Shown here: piece after piece, positions 34,209 through 47,310 of the stretch
How positions within the stretch are numbered: position 1 is the stretch's first letter
Layout: the number at the start of each line of letters is the position of its first letter
DNA from: Psilocybe cubensis
Taxonomy: Eukaryota
NCBI GenBank assembly: GCA_017499595.2
Contig: CM039000.1
Coordinates: 3,720,001 to 3,784,000, forward strand
DNA: 64,000 nucleotides
Direction: 5' to 3'
Position numbers and translations under genes: made by a program
The notes under the pieces: generated by a model
Told to the model about the DNA's origin: nothing
The model's database searches: none
What the model saw: only the letters and a program-made list of their open reading frames with translations

Positions 34209-35717
34209 ATGTCCCTGGACACCAATATTGTGAATCTGCCCCTTGAGCTTGTGGATGAAATTATCTGTATGGCAGTACAAAACTTTGGACCAAAGACACA
34301 CTCGGCTATTGCGCTCACATCTCACCTCACCGAGGTCGTATGCGCACAAACAAGACGCGTTATTCCACAGTAAATTTCGGAAGATACACTATGTCCTACT
34401 CAGAGAGCGACGAGAGCGACACGGTGCCGAATTCCCTCAACAAGCGAGTATCGTCCTTTGCGGATTTGATTCGAGCTGGAGATGGAATACATAGTGTACG
34501 AGGGATTTGCGGGTTTATTCGGTCCGTCGTGTTGAGGATCAACGATTTGATGACAAGATATAGTCTAGGGTTTGATTGGATCTTCAGGGATGCTGACTTC
34601 CAGTTTATCCTGCAAAATATTTTTCGGATGTCGTCAGAGAATCCGACTTTTGATCTGGCAAACACTCCCCGTGTCGAATATTTGTTTACTTTGGGCTTGC
34701 GGCGTACGTGGACGCCTTCCGATATGGTGTTTAAATCACTTAAAAATTTTATAAACTCCTCGAAGCTTGACCATCTATCACTATATAATGTTCAAGGGTT
34801 GCAGAAGGGAATCCTTTCGCAAAGCAATGTCAAACACATTGTTCTATACCAGGCAAGGGCAGCATCAATAGATTCGAGTATAGTTGAAGATTTGGATAGC
34901 ATCACCAATTCAGAGGGGGAAGAAAAACGGCTCAGAATATGTCCGTTGGAGTCTCTTGAAACCGACATGAATATGACGCTAGCTGAACAGGTTTCTCTTT
35001 TCCACTCGCGCCCACACACCTCTAGTGTTGGACACCATCTACCAGGCGAAGCTATCTTTCCGTATCTTACCAAGTTGAGGCTGCATTGTAAGCGGATCCA
35101 TACTAGCGAATTCAACATAGCAGCCAACGAGATACTTTTGAATGCACCTGCCCTGGAAGATCTGTTTATATACAACGGGGATAAACTTCGTGAGTGTGTT
35201 GTCAAAGAGGGAGACTCTATATCTGATTTCTATTTTTGCCCTTTTATTTATTCCAGCAACTTCATATTGGCCAGAGCACAGTGTTTTGCCTCTGCGATAC
35301 AGCCATCTCACTAGGCTCCGGTCCTTCTCATTGGGCACGTACATACCAATTTATAAGCAGATAGAGATTCTCCAGTGTCTCTGCGCGGACGACCCTCCCC
35401 CAAGCTTGAGTGAGATTATCATGGAGGCCATGATAGACCTGCGCTACGGACTCTTGCGCGGTATCAAAGACGCAGTAAGGTATATCCAGTGGCTCAGTCT
35501 AGATAAATTGGACATGTTTTTGCGCCGAACGGGCTTTGAACGAGTGAAAAAGGTTGTTGTGAGACTCGGTATGGCTATGGATATATATGAACCAGAGGAT
35601 CTGGACAAAGAGGTGACTGAGGGGTTTGTGATTTTGTGGAGGACCACCATCAGGGATGCGGTAACCCGCCAATTGGAGATGAAGGCCGTAGAGGTGAATG
35701 TCGAATTGGAGTTGTGA
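34209..35717 (+). pseudogene. F-box-like protein gene with a 5-bp frameshifting duplication
   Basis: ATG 34209 opens NLPLELVDEII (F-box-like) out of frame with ORF 34340. Deleting one CTCAC of the tandem pair at 34321-34330 fuses them. An intron at ~35190-35256 joins to the exon ending at 35717. Confidence 0.65.
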
Positions 35718-37663
35718 GTGGTTATCAATTTGTATTTGTAGGGCTTACCGGCTGAGCCCGTTGGTATCTTTGCTTTTTTTTCATAGCTATGACCAGTGGC
35801 TTTATCCCGAAGAATCAATGGGAGTTTATCGTTTTAAGATTTAGCATGCAAAGGACCGAGCATTTTAACTTGTAAATTTGGCGGATTCGGTCAATGATAG
35901 ACAGATTGCGATTCCCAAAAATCAAAGTGTACTACTAATAGAACCGGCAAGTCACCATTGAATGTTAAACGTTGAACGCATACCAAAGCTTATGGGAAAT
36001 GATATATGGATTTAGGCAATCTGGACTGTTTCTCAATTCTCTCGTTTTGTGTCTCGATTCTCAAGCAGCTCTCGGGCGCCTGATGGGCGTATCTGAAATT
36101 TTGATTGCATTAAACATCCAAGCAGGTGCTTTGCCACTATGTAAAGTAAATGCAAACAGACAGAAAATAAACAGATGCCAGACTTTCACACTGTGGTATA
36201 CATTGGAGGAACTTCTACCACACCATTACTTGTAGAGAGTGGCAAACGAATCCCGCTATCCTCATGCATAACCAACCGTGAAGGCTCCACACCAGATGAT
36301 GCATTTTGCTCTGGTGACAGTACTGGCTGTGCAGCAAGCTGTGGCCGAGAAACTGCGACAGAAGCTTCATGCTCTCGTCTTGGGTAGCTGCTGCCCGCGT
36401 CCACCTCATTTGCTGGATTCGGAAGGACGCCTATGTCTGCCGCTCTGGAATGTGAAGAGGGAGTAATGCCATTGTGTCCCGTCGGAGACGGTGTCCCACC
36501 TGAAACCGAGGTCCGTGGCAAAGTGGAATTCAGGCTCTTGATGGTCTGATTGGGAACATTCCAATGTTGCGTCTGATTGTCTGCAGTATTCGGGACAGCT
36601 GAATACTGTGAATAGATGGTTGGAGCGGGAAAAATGCTGGGAGTAAGTTGGAATGGCTCGACAGCGTTGTCGGAATCGTGGCCGTGGTTATACAAAAGTT
36701 GTCGATCACGCTTCGGACCCCAACGGCAAAAATAGATTATAACAAGGGTAGCCAGGATGATGAACACTATTCCACCAACTACTGCACCAGCAATGTTGCC
36801 AACGTTGCTCGAGTGACTAGAACCTGCCGAGCCATTTGCATCGTTACCACCAGTAGTTGGCGACGATGAATTACCGGAAGGGAAAGTCCCATTTTGTACG
36901 ACAAGATACTCAAGAGTCAGAGGTGTTTTTGAAGAGTCTCCAAGGTATGTGACAACGATTGTGTGCGACCCCATAGGATATTCAGATGTTTCAAAGGTTT
37001 TTTGGTTGTACATAGTCGTAGAGGAATCCACCGGATGTCGGAATTTTCAGGAATGCCTTACAAGGCCGAAAAGGCCGGCAAGGCCCGGCTAGCCTTGTGA
37101 TGCCTCCCAATCTGAGAGCGTGCCTAAGAAGTAACCGTGATTGACCTTGTAAGGTAGTGGCTTAGAAGTCTATACATGCCTAGCAAGGCGTAGGGAATAA
37201 GATTAGATTAAAAGACCTTGCTAGGTTGGGCTTGATTCAAAGGGCATCTAACAAATTAAAAGGAAGATGAACGCACTGACATAGTTTCCAATTGATTAGT
37301 AGTCAACGATTGCTTTCAGTAGGAATTGTGTTGAAGTCAAACTTTTATGCACTTACCAAGAACCGAACGCCAGACCTTCAAGACAAGACAAACCTACCAA
37401 TAGCATTGTTACCACTAGACCAAACCTCCTTTCTTAAATTATAGTGTGGCGTTAATATGACACCACATTTTCTGTGCTTAGTCAACTGATGTAACCGATC
37501 GAGTCCAGAGTCGTCTACTCGGACTTCAATTTTTTCAGACAATCTCAATCGTGAGGGCCGTACTATGCATTGAAAAGCAAAGAAGTAATCAACCAAACAC
37601 AGTAGTATGTCCGCCATAATGAGATACACCGGAATGCAAAGTAGTCTAAGTACAGCGTGCCTA

Positions 37664-39662
37664 CTATAATGGTGTAATATTAGCACGCTTACTAGAGCGT
37701 GTGCTCCGTGTTTTGGCTACAACAGTTGCGTCAGGCTGCACAGGGGCCAACCCCTTCTTTCGACCACGTTTTGGCTTGATTACTGGTGCTTCAAGTGGAG
37801 AAATGCTTGTGGAAGCATTAGGAACAGAGACTGTATTGGAAGAAAGGGGAGGGCTTGTCGGAGTCTGAGTCTTCGGAACTGGGAGAAATACTGGGAGTGG
37901 AGCATTGACCGTGGTATTTGTAACATGGAGTGCAGACTCAAAGGCTGCCGGAGTCGGTTCTAATACCAATGATACATAATGGGCATGAGCTAAACGCGTG
38001 GGAATCAAAAGACAAGTACCTTCGTCAGTATCAGATCTATCTTCAGTAATATCCTGAGTATTAGATGGCAGGTTCCGAGTGCTTTGTAGTGGCGGCGCAA
38101 AGTCTTCTACATCAGAGTCGGTGTCACGGTCTTCCACATTAACGATAGGACCCGGAATAGAAGTTGTTGAACTAGGAGTTATGGTTGTTTGTCGACTAAA
38201 GTTGGCAATCATCTGATAAACCGGATGCGGAGATGGACTTGACTCGGAATCCGACATCCTGGAATGGCTTGATGTAAGGATTTCCGTAGGCTGCTGTGTA
38301 ATAGAAGTAGGAATAATGGGTTTTTGGTGTGGAAAGAGAATATTATCCCAATATTTGAACAGTGAAGCGAGTGATGACTGCTGTGTAATGAGATAATGCT
38401 TGTACATATCGTGTTGAGCAAGATAAAGCCTCCCTGTTGTTGGTCCTACACCACTACTGGTAAATTCACGGTCGTCGGATAAGATGTATATAGTCTATAT
38501 TAGTAGTCAATATCTAGCACTCAATTTATAATACATGTAATAACAAATACATACCGCTGTTGCAGACGCAGCTATCAAGCCTGGTGTTGTACAATTCATA
38601 CGACTATCAATATGGGCGCTTGGACTATCTTCCCGTGTTCGAGGCATAATCTCCGCCTTTAAGGCCGATGGCCCTAGAAGAATGATTCTTGCCGTCTAAA
38701 CTAGAGTTTTAGCCAGGTATTATGTATTTTCAGAATTAAATATACTGTACCTTCAAAAGAAAATCACTTTTAAAAAGTCCCAAAGCGTTGTTGGTGTCAG
38801 AATCTGCAAATAAAACTGGGGGAAATGTGTGCGCAGTGTCATTGGGATAAATGAGCTTCCAGATTTCCTTCGTTCCGGTCATCACTTTTACACGGTCCGA
38901 TGCACCAAGCAATGTTTGCACAACCGCATGGGAGCTTAGGCCAAAAGACAATGGTGAGGTGAACAGCTCAGATGGAATGTTTGGGAAAATAGAAGGCGCA
39001 GAGGTCCGAATCTTATTTAGTATTGTTGAACGGCCTTCCGACAAGCCTTTAACGAACTATAGAATAAAGATATATGAGCAAGATATCCTAAACTTGGAAA
39101 AAAGATATAAAACGCACCACATTAACTGCCATCTCCACATTCTCACTGATAATTGAATGGTACTTTGCTGGAAAGCATTCGTACAATTCCGCAATATTGC
39201 CAAGCTTGGATGTATTCTCGTCTTTGTACCGAGCAGATGCATTGTTAGAGCTGAACGAAGGCCTGGGATTTCCAAAGAGTGACTTGGGAACAATAATACG
39301 ATAGAAAATGAAATGATATTTAGCAAGACGAATAAGGTCCTTTCGGAGAGCTATTTCGGCTGCGCAATCCGATGTGTCAGAGACAGCAGGTCGAACAGCG
39401 CCTTTTTTGTTGATCAAGCGCATTTTCAAACTTGCGTTTTCCTCTTTAAGCTCCCGGACCTTTGATTCCAGATTAAAAATGGTATCTTGCTGGATCCGAC
39501 ACCTCTGTTTCTATTCATTAGAATCTAGAAAATGCAAAAATACATTAAAATATTACTTACTTGCTCAAGCTCGGCCAATGTTGCTCCACGGAAAAAAGAC
39601 GCGCCTGAAATGGATGACTCGCCTGCAACGGAGCTTGGAACAATTGACATTGATGAAGACAT
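37664..39662 (-). CDS. Transposon accessory protein (N-terminal coiled coil, DUF6698-like helical domain, Pro/Ser-rich region, basic PKRGRKK tail), multi-exon
   Basis: ATG 39662 then a GTAAGT intron. Exons read LESKVRELKEENASLKMRL, PPVLFAD...GLFKSDFLLK, TARIILLGPSA...TTPGLIAASATA and YILSDDREF...YWDNILFP. The DUF6698 resemblance is from memory. Confidence 0.6.
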
Positions 39663-39933
39663 GACCAAAGAGTTGTACCAGAGAGGATATGAGTTAGAAT
39701 ATCAGTGCTGCTACTCAGAAAGAAGAAATTTTGTGTCTTTTAAACAGAAAAGTGAGCCGCACCCTTTCCTCATGTTAAGCGCCGTGCTATAGCCTTGATA
39801 TAACATCATTTTCCCACTATGTAAAGGATCAAGCTGAAAATTTAATATAACGTGTACAAAACACAAAAATAGAGCACTATGCATGCTTGATTACACTCTT
39901 TATTGTATTCTGTTTAATATGTAACAACACTAG

Positions 39934-42900
39934 TTATAATAAAACATGTGTAGTTAATTTTATTGATTTTAACCGCCACCACATGTCCGGATCAAGTGAA
40001 TCCATAACAATAAACTCGTTTGCATCATTTCCAAAGTCTGGAATCAGAAGGCCACCGCGTACTATACTACGTACGTCAATAATTGCAGAGTTTGTTCGCC
40101 TTCGGGCTCGTACTCGGAGAAACTCTAAATCTTTATCACGCCTACGTGCCAAATTTGTGCGCTGATCAACCGGTTCATCAAGTGGCAGAATAAGAGCAAG
40201 CGGCCACTCTGTTTTGTCATCTAATGACACAATAAACATGAACAGAAGTTGTGCAAAGCAGTACTTCTGATGATCAAGTGCCAAAAGGACGTAATCATTT
40301 CGTGGCCGCTTGTGGAAACTTTTGCTAACTCGAACCATATCTCTTTGAGCCGACCAATCAATTTCCGACTGATAATGAATTCTTGCAAGCTCAAATGGTG
40401 TAATCTGTTACACAAGTAAGTTTTGACATGAAAAATAAATAATGCTTAAATTGTTCTTGTAACTCTTACCTTATGATTGGCTTTTAATCGGATAGTACTT
40501 CCAGAAGCTGCTGCAAGGTATTTTCCTGTTTTAATCCGGAAGCGTTCAAATGCCATGTTCTCTTTGAATTGTTTTTCCACATCGGCAAATGTGATTATTG
40601 CTTGAAGTGACCCAATTGAAATGTGACTTTGAGCTCTTTTCTCATTACTTGATCCTGTTAAATGTCAATTTAATAACATTATACATGTACAAACAAATAG
40701 ACCGTTACCCAATGAATTTCCAAGATTGGAAACTTGTGGTGTAGATATAAGTGATTCTTCGCCGTCCTCTTTGGGCATGTCAAGATCATCAATAGCATTG
40801 ATATCCATGCGAATAATCATTGCAATAAGATCATCGTGGTTCATTTTTAATATCTGTTAGAAGCAAATTTACTAGATCAGACAAATAATATTGTACACAT
40901 GAATTAAAGCACATTCCTGTGGCGCCACATCTTTGAAATTGGTGTGAAAGCGGTACCAGAGCTTAAGCAAGCCATGTGCCTTTTCATTGGGTTTAGTATT
41001 AGAGTTCCGAGTTGCACCTTTTGCAACAATATCTTGAATCATATGGACATGTGAATGGATTTTAGGAAAATTCCAATTTTTGTCTGGATGGAGTTGAATA
41101 TATTCCTGGAAATTTTATTGTTGAGAGAATTAATTGGGTCTACATATGAATTGGAGAATGCCTTACCTCAAGAATAGAACAGAACTTTGCAAGTTCTTTT
41201 TGTAACCCATGTAATGTTGTACTGCTATGAATAATCAAAGATGAATACATATCCAATTCTACAAAGCTTCGCATAAGCTTGAGCAGACAATATCCACGGT
41301 CTGACTTCTCTAGAACATTATGAGATGCATAACAAATGATCTAGAAATCACAGATATATTATATTCACAATTAGTGTCTAAAAAATGCATGTGTACCTTT
41401 GCTATATCTTCATATTTTGTTCCATCTGCAAATTCTCCTGTCTTAATTATAGATGCAAAGTGATTAAGACCACTCCATCGAGGAATTTGATCAAATCTAT
41501 AAAAGCATAAACCTTATTATTACTTATCCATCAAGAGGTTATATTATCAATGCTTACTGATTGTCAATAATCTCAGCATCTTTCCTTCCAGAGCTATCAA
41601 TAATAGCCTTAAATTCTGACCATAAATGATCAGAAAATAGTCCACCATGGTATGCATGTAGTCGATCCCAGGAAAGAGCTTTATATACATCACTCCCATT
41701 CATCATCCAAAATACATTCTGTAGGAAATATTAATCAAGAATAATGACATATATAATGCACTATACCTCTACATTTCGTAATCCATATTCTTTTAAATAA
41801 TTCTCCTTATCTTTAGCTGTAAAATTTTGTGCCTCTGTATATATGTGTTTCATTTCTGCTGATGTTCGATAAGGGTATACCGTGGTAAGATTTGATAAAT
41901 TTTCCTTTGGAACCAAGCATACAGGACACGGAAAGTTGCTTGTAGCACCACGGGTTAGGGCCATAACACATCTATAAAATAGGCGCCCAACAGTTTCATT
42001 TACTATAACAATTATATTGAAGTAAACTATTACTTACTGCTCTTCATAATCCGCTGATAAAATCAAAATAAAGAAGAATAGCCACCGGACAATGTTGTCT
42101 GCACACTGTGCATAGTATCCTGTTGTGGCATATTCTTGAACGGACTTAAGAATTTCGTGGAATCCTTTGTGCCAAACAATACGCTTGAAGTTTACAAAAA
42201 TTTTCTTTCCTGACTCGCCAGCATCTTCATCAACCTAGAAATCCATATTTGGAGTTTAATACTAAAAAAATTTATAACATTTAGAATGCTTACAATAGGC
42301 AGCCATCCAACTAGGATTCCCCCACCAATACCATCACTGTTTCGAAGATTTGCTGGAAGATTTGCACAGCGAGCAAGCACTGGATATGCCTTTGCAGTAC
42401 CAAAGGTGGATAGCCGAGTTTTGTCTGCATATAGGATAATAAAAAATGGTAATGCACCATTGGGAAGAAGGTTCTAAAGCAGAGTAGGATGATAAGTATT
42501 CTACATTTGTAAAAAGAAAAATATATACATCTACCTGGATGCTCCACCATTCATTTGCAGTCCATGGTTCTCCAATCAACCGGTCTCGTTTACCGTCATT
42601 TTGTTTATAATGCCTTTCAGCAATCCAATGAAACTGTGAAAGTAGAGAAGGATTCTGAAGAAGACTATTGCACCACTCAATTAGTGGCCGGATATACACT
42701 TCATACCCAATTTCATCATTTTGGTATGGTACAAGATATTCCTTTTTCTGGAACTGTACTCCATAGTATTAGTTAGTACAACTACAAAATAGAAAAAATA
42801 TTACGCACTCCAGTTGAACGGTAGCTACGAGCAAGCTCCCAGGTCTTCTCAAGCTCTGATACACTGTCAATTGTAAACTGCTCTGGCTTTTCTTTGATTC

Positions 42901-43595
42901 TGTCAATAAGGGTTAATAAAATCTGCTTTTGCTGCCTATTCATATGTGAGCTAAGTGCAAGTTCTGCCACTTCGAAGTCAAGACGTGTCCTAAATGGATG
43001 CCACGGGTTGGTACTGGTAGAATGGGGTGTTGGTGACGTTTGATAGGAATTTGGATTATATTGGTGTGTAGGAATGAATTTTGGTGGCATATTTGCACTT
43101 GGATGAAATTCAATGCAGATTTGATGTGGAAGCGGTGGGGGCAAATGATTATTTGAAATTTCATCAAGCATTTGAAGTATAGAGGATTGATTTGTGACTG
43201 GCTCAATTGAATCTTCCGGCTCCATTGAAAGGGAAATATGATGACCATTTAGAGAATCCTGTGTCTCCATTTGAGCCATATCTATAGCAGAATAAGAAGC
43301 GGTTGTAGAATCCTCATTTGGTATAGCTGGAGAGTGGCTAATAGCAGCATTTAAAATTGATGTATAATGTAGAGAGTCTGTATGAGTTTTGAATGGTAAA
43401 TGTCAATAATTAGATTATACACTATGACATACTATTTTCATAAACCCTATTTGCAAAATCTCCAAAAGCATTCTGTGCATCCAGACTTGGTGTTTTGCCA
43501 CTACATGATCGGATATGTTGAGCAATGCCTTGGATGCTAAACATCTTGTTGCATATTGGGCACAATTGGTCCTTTGGCTGGCGGCGGTTAGCCAT
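39934..43595 (-). CDS. Plavaka-family transposase, multi-exon
   Basis: N-terminal CPICNK...HIRSC zinc finger. Motifs PWHPFRTRLDFEVAE, EPWTANEWW, ILYADKTRLSTFGTAKAYPV, ILSADYEEQ, FPCPVCLVP, DRLHAYHGGLF and WNFPKIHSHVH...NTKPNEKAH. Confidence 0.85.
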
Positions 43596-46500
43596 GTCTT
43601 TGAAAGTAAAGAAGATATCAGAAAGAGGAGCAGATAAAGAATTAAATATGATCCAACTGCTTTTATACTATTTTACCAGCATCTAATATAGAGTGTGCTG
43701 GAGATTATTCGTCTCATAGGCCCTAGTTTCATCATTCTGCTGCGCTACATCACTAAGCTACCATAATCAGTTCATCAATTTAGTCTGCCAGAACATGTAT
43801 TCTAGTAACCATCTATCAAAATATGTCATAGTATCCAGCACAAAGGTCTTTAAGAGGTTAAAGATTCTCATTGTTGATGATTAAGGCAGTACTACCATAG
43901 TTGTACAGTGCAATATGCATGCAACATACAACAATCAACACCGAGTTACAATGCATCAACTTATGAGATATCAGTCAAATCATTCTTTCCCATGTATCAT
44001 GTTCAAAATTAGTCTCTCTTCGTGTGGAATTACTGATTATCCACCGTACCCTAGATTATTTACCTTTGTAGATAGCATGTGCTACATAAACAGTTACTTT
44101 GGTGAAGACGTAGACGATGTATGTGATTTTCTTCTAAGTCCACTGTGTCGCGTGATCCATGTGACATTCTTCTCACGGCCGTGACCCTTTGCTTACTTGT
44201 GCTCTATGGCGCACAAACTGCAGGGATATTGACACAGCACTAAAAGTACATAAAATAAAGTGTAAATGATCCACAATGACGTAGAAAATTGTCCAATTTG
44301 ATATATCTATACTGACCATCCCTTGAATGCCTGACAACTTTGCACTTGCTGTGTATGTGTGTGACGTTAGTCACAGTCAAGTTGTAAGGCCTCGTATGGT
44401 TGTAATATGGATCAACTTCAACTTCAGTAGGTTTCTTACGGTAGCTTGTACATTTAGCACTCACATTTTCTCAAAATAAATACGCATTTGGTCCTCTAAA
44501 TACATTCTATAAATCATTTTCATTTGCCCCTCTTTACAAGTGAGTGACACATGACTTCTATATTTATCTAATCCAACGCAAGGCAAAAGTCGGCATTCTA
44601 AGAGAGCCGAATCACATTAGAAGCCAAATTTTGGCCTAATCTAGGCCCCATCATTGTAAGGCTATCCCGAAATTTCCGACAGAAGACCATTCAATGAAAA
44701 TTGGATAGGAGCTTGATTATCGACGTAATAGCTACCAACAGTGGCGGCATGAGGAAGGTCTGGTGGGATTTGTGAGAACCAGCTTAAAGATACACCTAGG
44801 ATTGAGCACATGAGAAGATTACAACAGCAGTGCAAAAAGAAATGAATGTGTCGACATACCTATAAAGGAATACGTGAAAATGGAATTTGGAGTTTGCGTG
44901 AAAGTGGCCGTAGTCCCATCTAGATACGGGTTCCACCCAGACCCATATTGTAATTCAGGATCACGATGATCCAATTTAATGGCGGCATTTTCGAGAGATA
45001 CCGAGCTTGAAGGAACATACTGAATATTATCAAACCAGAAGGTCTGTTGGTTCTTAACAGTTACATTCACAGTAAGAATATGTGGTCCATCTAGTAGTGC
45101 ATCTTGGTCGCAAAACACCCAGTGGTTTTCTGTACCAAGAAATGAAGATGTGTTGCCAATACTCTTATTGTCGACAAAGCACTCCCAAGTGGGGTCCAGG
45201 ACTCCTGAATCGTTATGAACATTGCTTAAACCGTATACAGTCACTTGCGAGCCTGTGTGATACTGTCAGACCCAACAAGGTACAGAATTGTTAAACGGGT
45301 GCTTACCATTGAAAGCGAAGGAAAGACTTCCATCTGACCTTGTTCCATGCAAGGTGCTCTTGTACGCTGGTCCAAAATTCCCATCGTTATCATGAGTTCC
45401 TTGGTCTAGAAACCAACCTGAGCCAATGTAATTTATACTGGGATCCGTGTCGTCGACAAATATCTCTCGCCGAGACGTCATTTCAAGAGCTGTAGCACAA
45501 AAGGCACGGACAGAGAAGACCTAACGGAAGTGAAAGACGTGGGCATCCCTTGATGCTTTCTTTTCAAGATTACTCGTCGTCGAGACCGTGAACAGGCCTG
45601 ACATCAGATGCAAGAGATGGACAGATGGAATCATGGACAATCGATTGTGTTGCAACATTGCCAGGACTGGTCAATATGATGATGGTGTATCATGTATGGA
45701 TATCCTGAGATGTCCTTTCATGCAGGCGCATATGTTATGGTTTAGCCGCCAGCGTGAATGCCAATCTGTCCGAATCCGCTTCTTTCCTCAATTTGGGCCA
45801 CAAATGCACAAAGACGGGCAAATTGTGATCCTTCATCCCGATAATCAGTGAAAAGTAGATACATTAGCGTAGGATAGTAAGCAAAACTCACCCTTGCGTC
45901 TTCGCATTTCGGTTGCTTGTTGCAAGATAATAAACAAATTCCAAAAAGATTAGGATCCCTTCAAAATTAGGAGTTTTCTTTCCTCAACGGGATAGCACAC
46001 CCAGGTCGATTTCAGGCTCAGATATATTTCTATCCAACTGCCTGCTCGTCTAATCCCCAAAAATGGATTGCATCAGAGCAAGTCTCAAGAAACAGAAGCA
46101 GGATTTTCAATACCATTTGAGTATGAAGCATGGGGACGTCAAATCGCTCGTGTCGGCCAGTAGCGTCGAATGGGGCAAGTACTCCATGACGAGGCTAAAT
46201 TGAACGGTGTTAGGGGTACTTGTGAAGATTTTCAAAGCAGCCGCCCGGTTCTGATTTGAAAGCTATGCAACATGAATAGCACTACAAAGCTTCCAACTTG
46301 CTCAAACTGTCGCATAAATAATTAGTTGACTAATATTCACTATGTCAGATGGCAGTACATCATACCATCTCTAAGTTCGTTTTTGTGTTCTTGAGTCATT
46401 TTGGTGTTGTTGGTGTGGAAAGCAAGGAATCGAATTGGGTGGAGTAGCATAAGAGGTGCTTATTATTGGGGTATCACGCTGGTCATCTTTGATGTCGACG

Positions 46501-47310
46501 GGGAGTAGGATCATGACATACAACTGCCTCGCTACTTGTTGGGGCAGTGTAAAGGGGGTAGGGGCAATGAATCTAAACAAGCAGTGCAACATCCGCTCTT
46601 CTTCGGGGCAAAAGGCAGGGGCGCCGAGAGAGTGCAAAAAAACGCATGAGACCAAGCAGCGGACACGACGATCATTGAGGTAGTTTACAAGTCAGGGGGT
46701 TGGAAGAGACAGAGTGTGTGAAGAGCTTCTATCGATCTGCTCGCCAAGGTGATGGACGGCGGCAGCGGAGATGGGAACGAACGACATGATTCTGTTCGTT
46801 GTCGTGATGGAGGACAGCGAGCGAGGTCGGGCAGCTCGCGGTGATGGTAGGCCTGAGGTGCTATCGGTCATATGACTAGTCGCGCTGCCGGCAACCGGCC
46901 CGATCACTTGAACACCCAAAAAAGGCTTCATAGGGGCTCCATCCATCGAGGGGAGGACTGCTCGATATTTGTGTTAAAATTAAACGATAGCCTAGATGTC
47001 TGGTGTCTATGTAGAGGATACCAGAGATTCATGTGTAGACACTGGGAGAGCTGGTAAGGCACGACCTAGTTTTTCCATTAACAAAATAACCGCCTGTAAC
47101 TGCCAGTCACTGACGACTCACGAAAACAACTTCAAAAAATCTTGAGCAACGGATAGATCTGAACTTTGACAATTTGTAGAGTAAGATCTGCATCCTAACT
47201 TAGAGTATTGTCCTAAATATGAATTCTATCATCTATCTATGAGATATTGGCATGGTTTTTCAATTTAAATAAATAAAATGCTAACTGATAACGAGTAAAG
47301 CGAACCAGTC

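Larger units (their letters stand above)
37036..44681. mobile_element. Complete Plavaka-type (CACTA/CMC-related) DNA transposon, 7646 bp
   Basis: 28-bp TIRs matching at 24/28 (37036-37063 and 44654-44681). 2-bp TSD GA at 37034-37035 and 44682-44683. AT-rich interior with a transposase and a second gene. Confidence 0.9.
36186..45481 (-). pseudogene. Single-pass receptor-like gene (two beta-rich ectodomains, TM, PPMY tail) split by a Plavaka-type transposon
   Basis: 5' exons at 45481-44682 and 3' part at 37035-36186. Removing the element plus one GA restores LNGLPVDSSTTMYNQK, versus LNGLPTDSNSIQYNQK in the paralog at 47311-48854. Confidence 0.9.

Noticed and set aside
45500-47300. Short ORFs between the receptor-like paralogs
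   Set aside because: No motifs or coherent exon chain; treated as intergenic.
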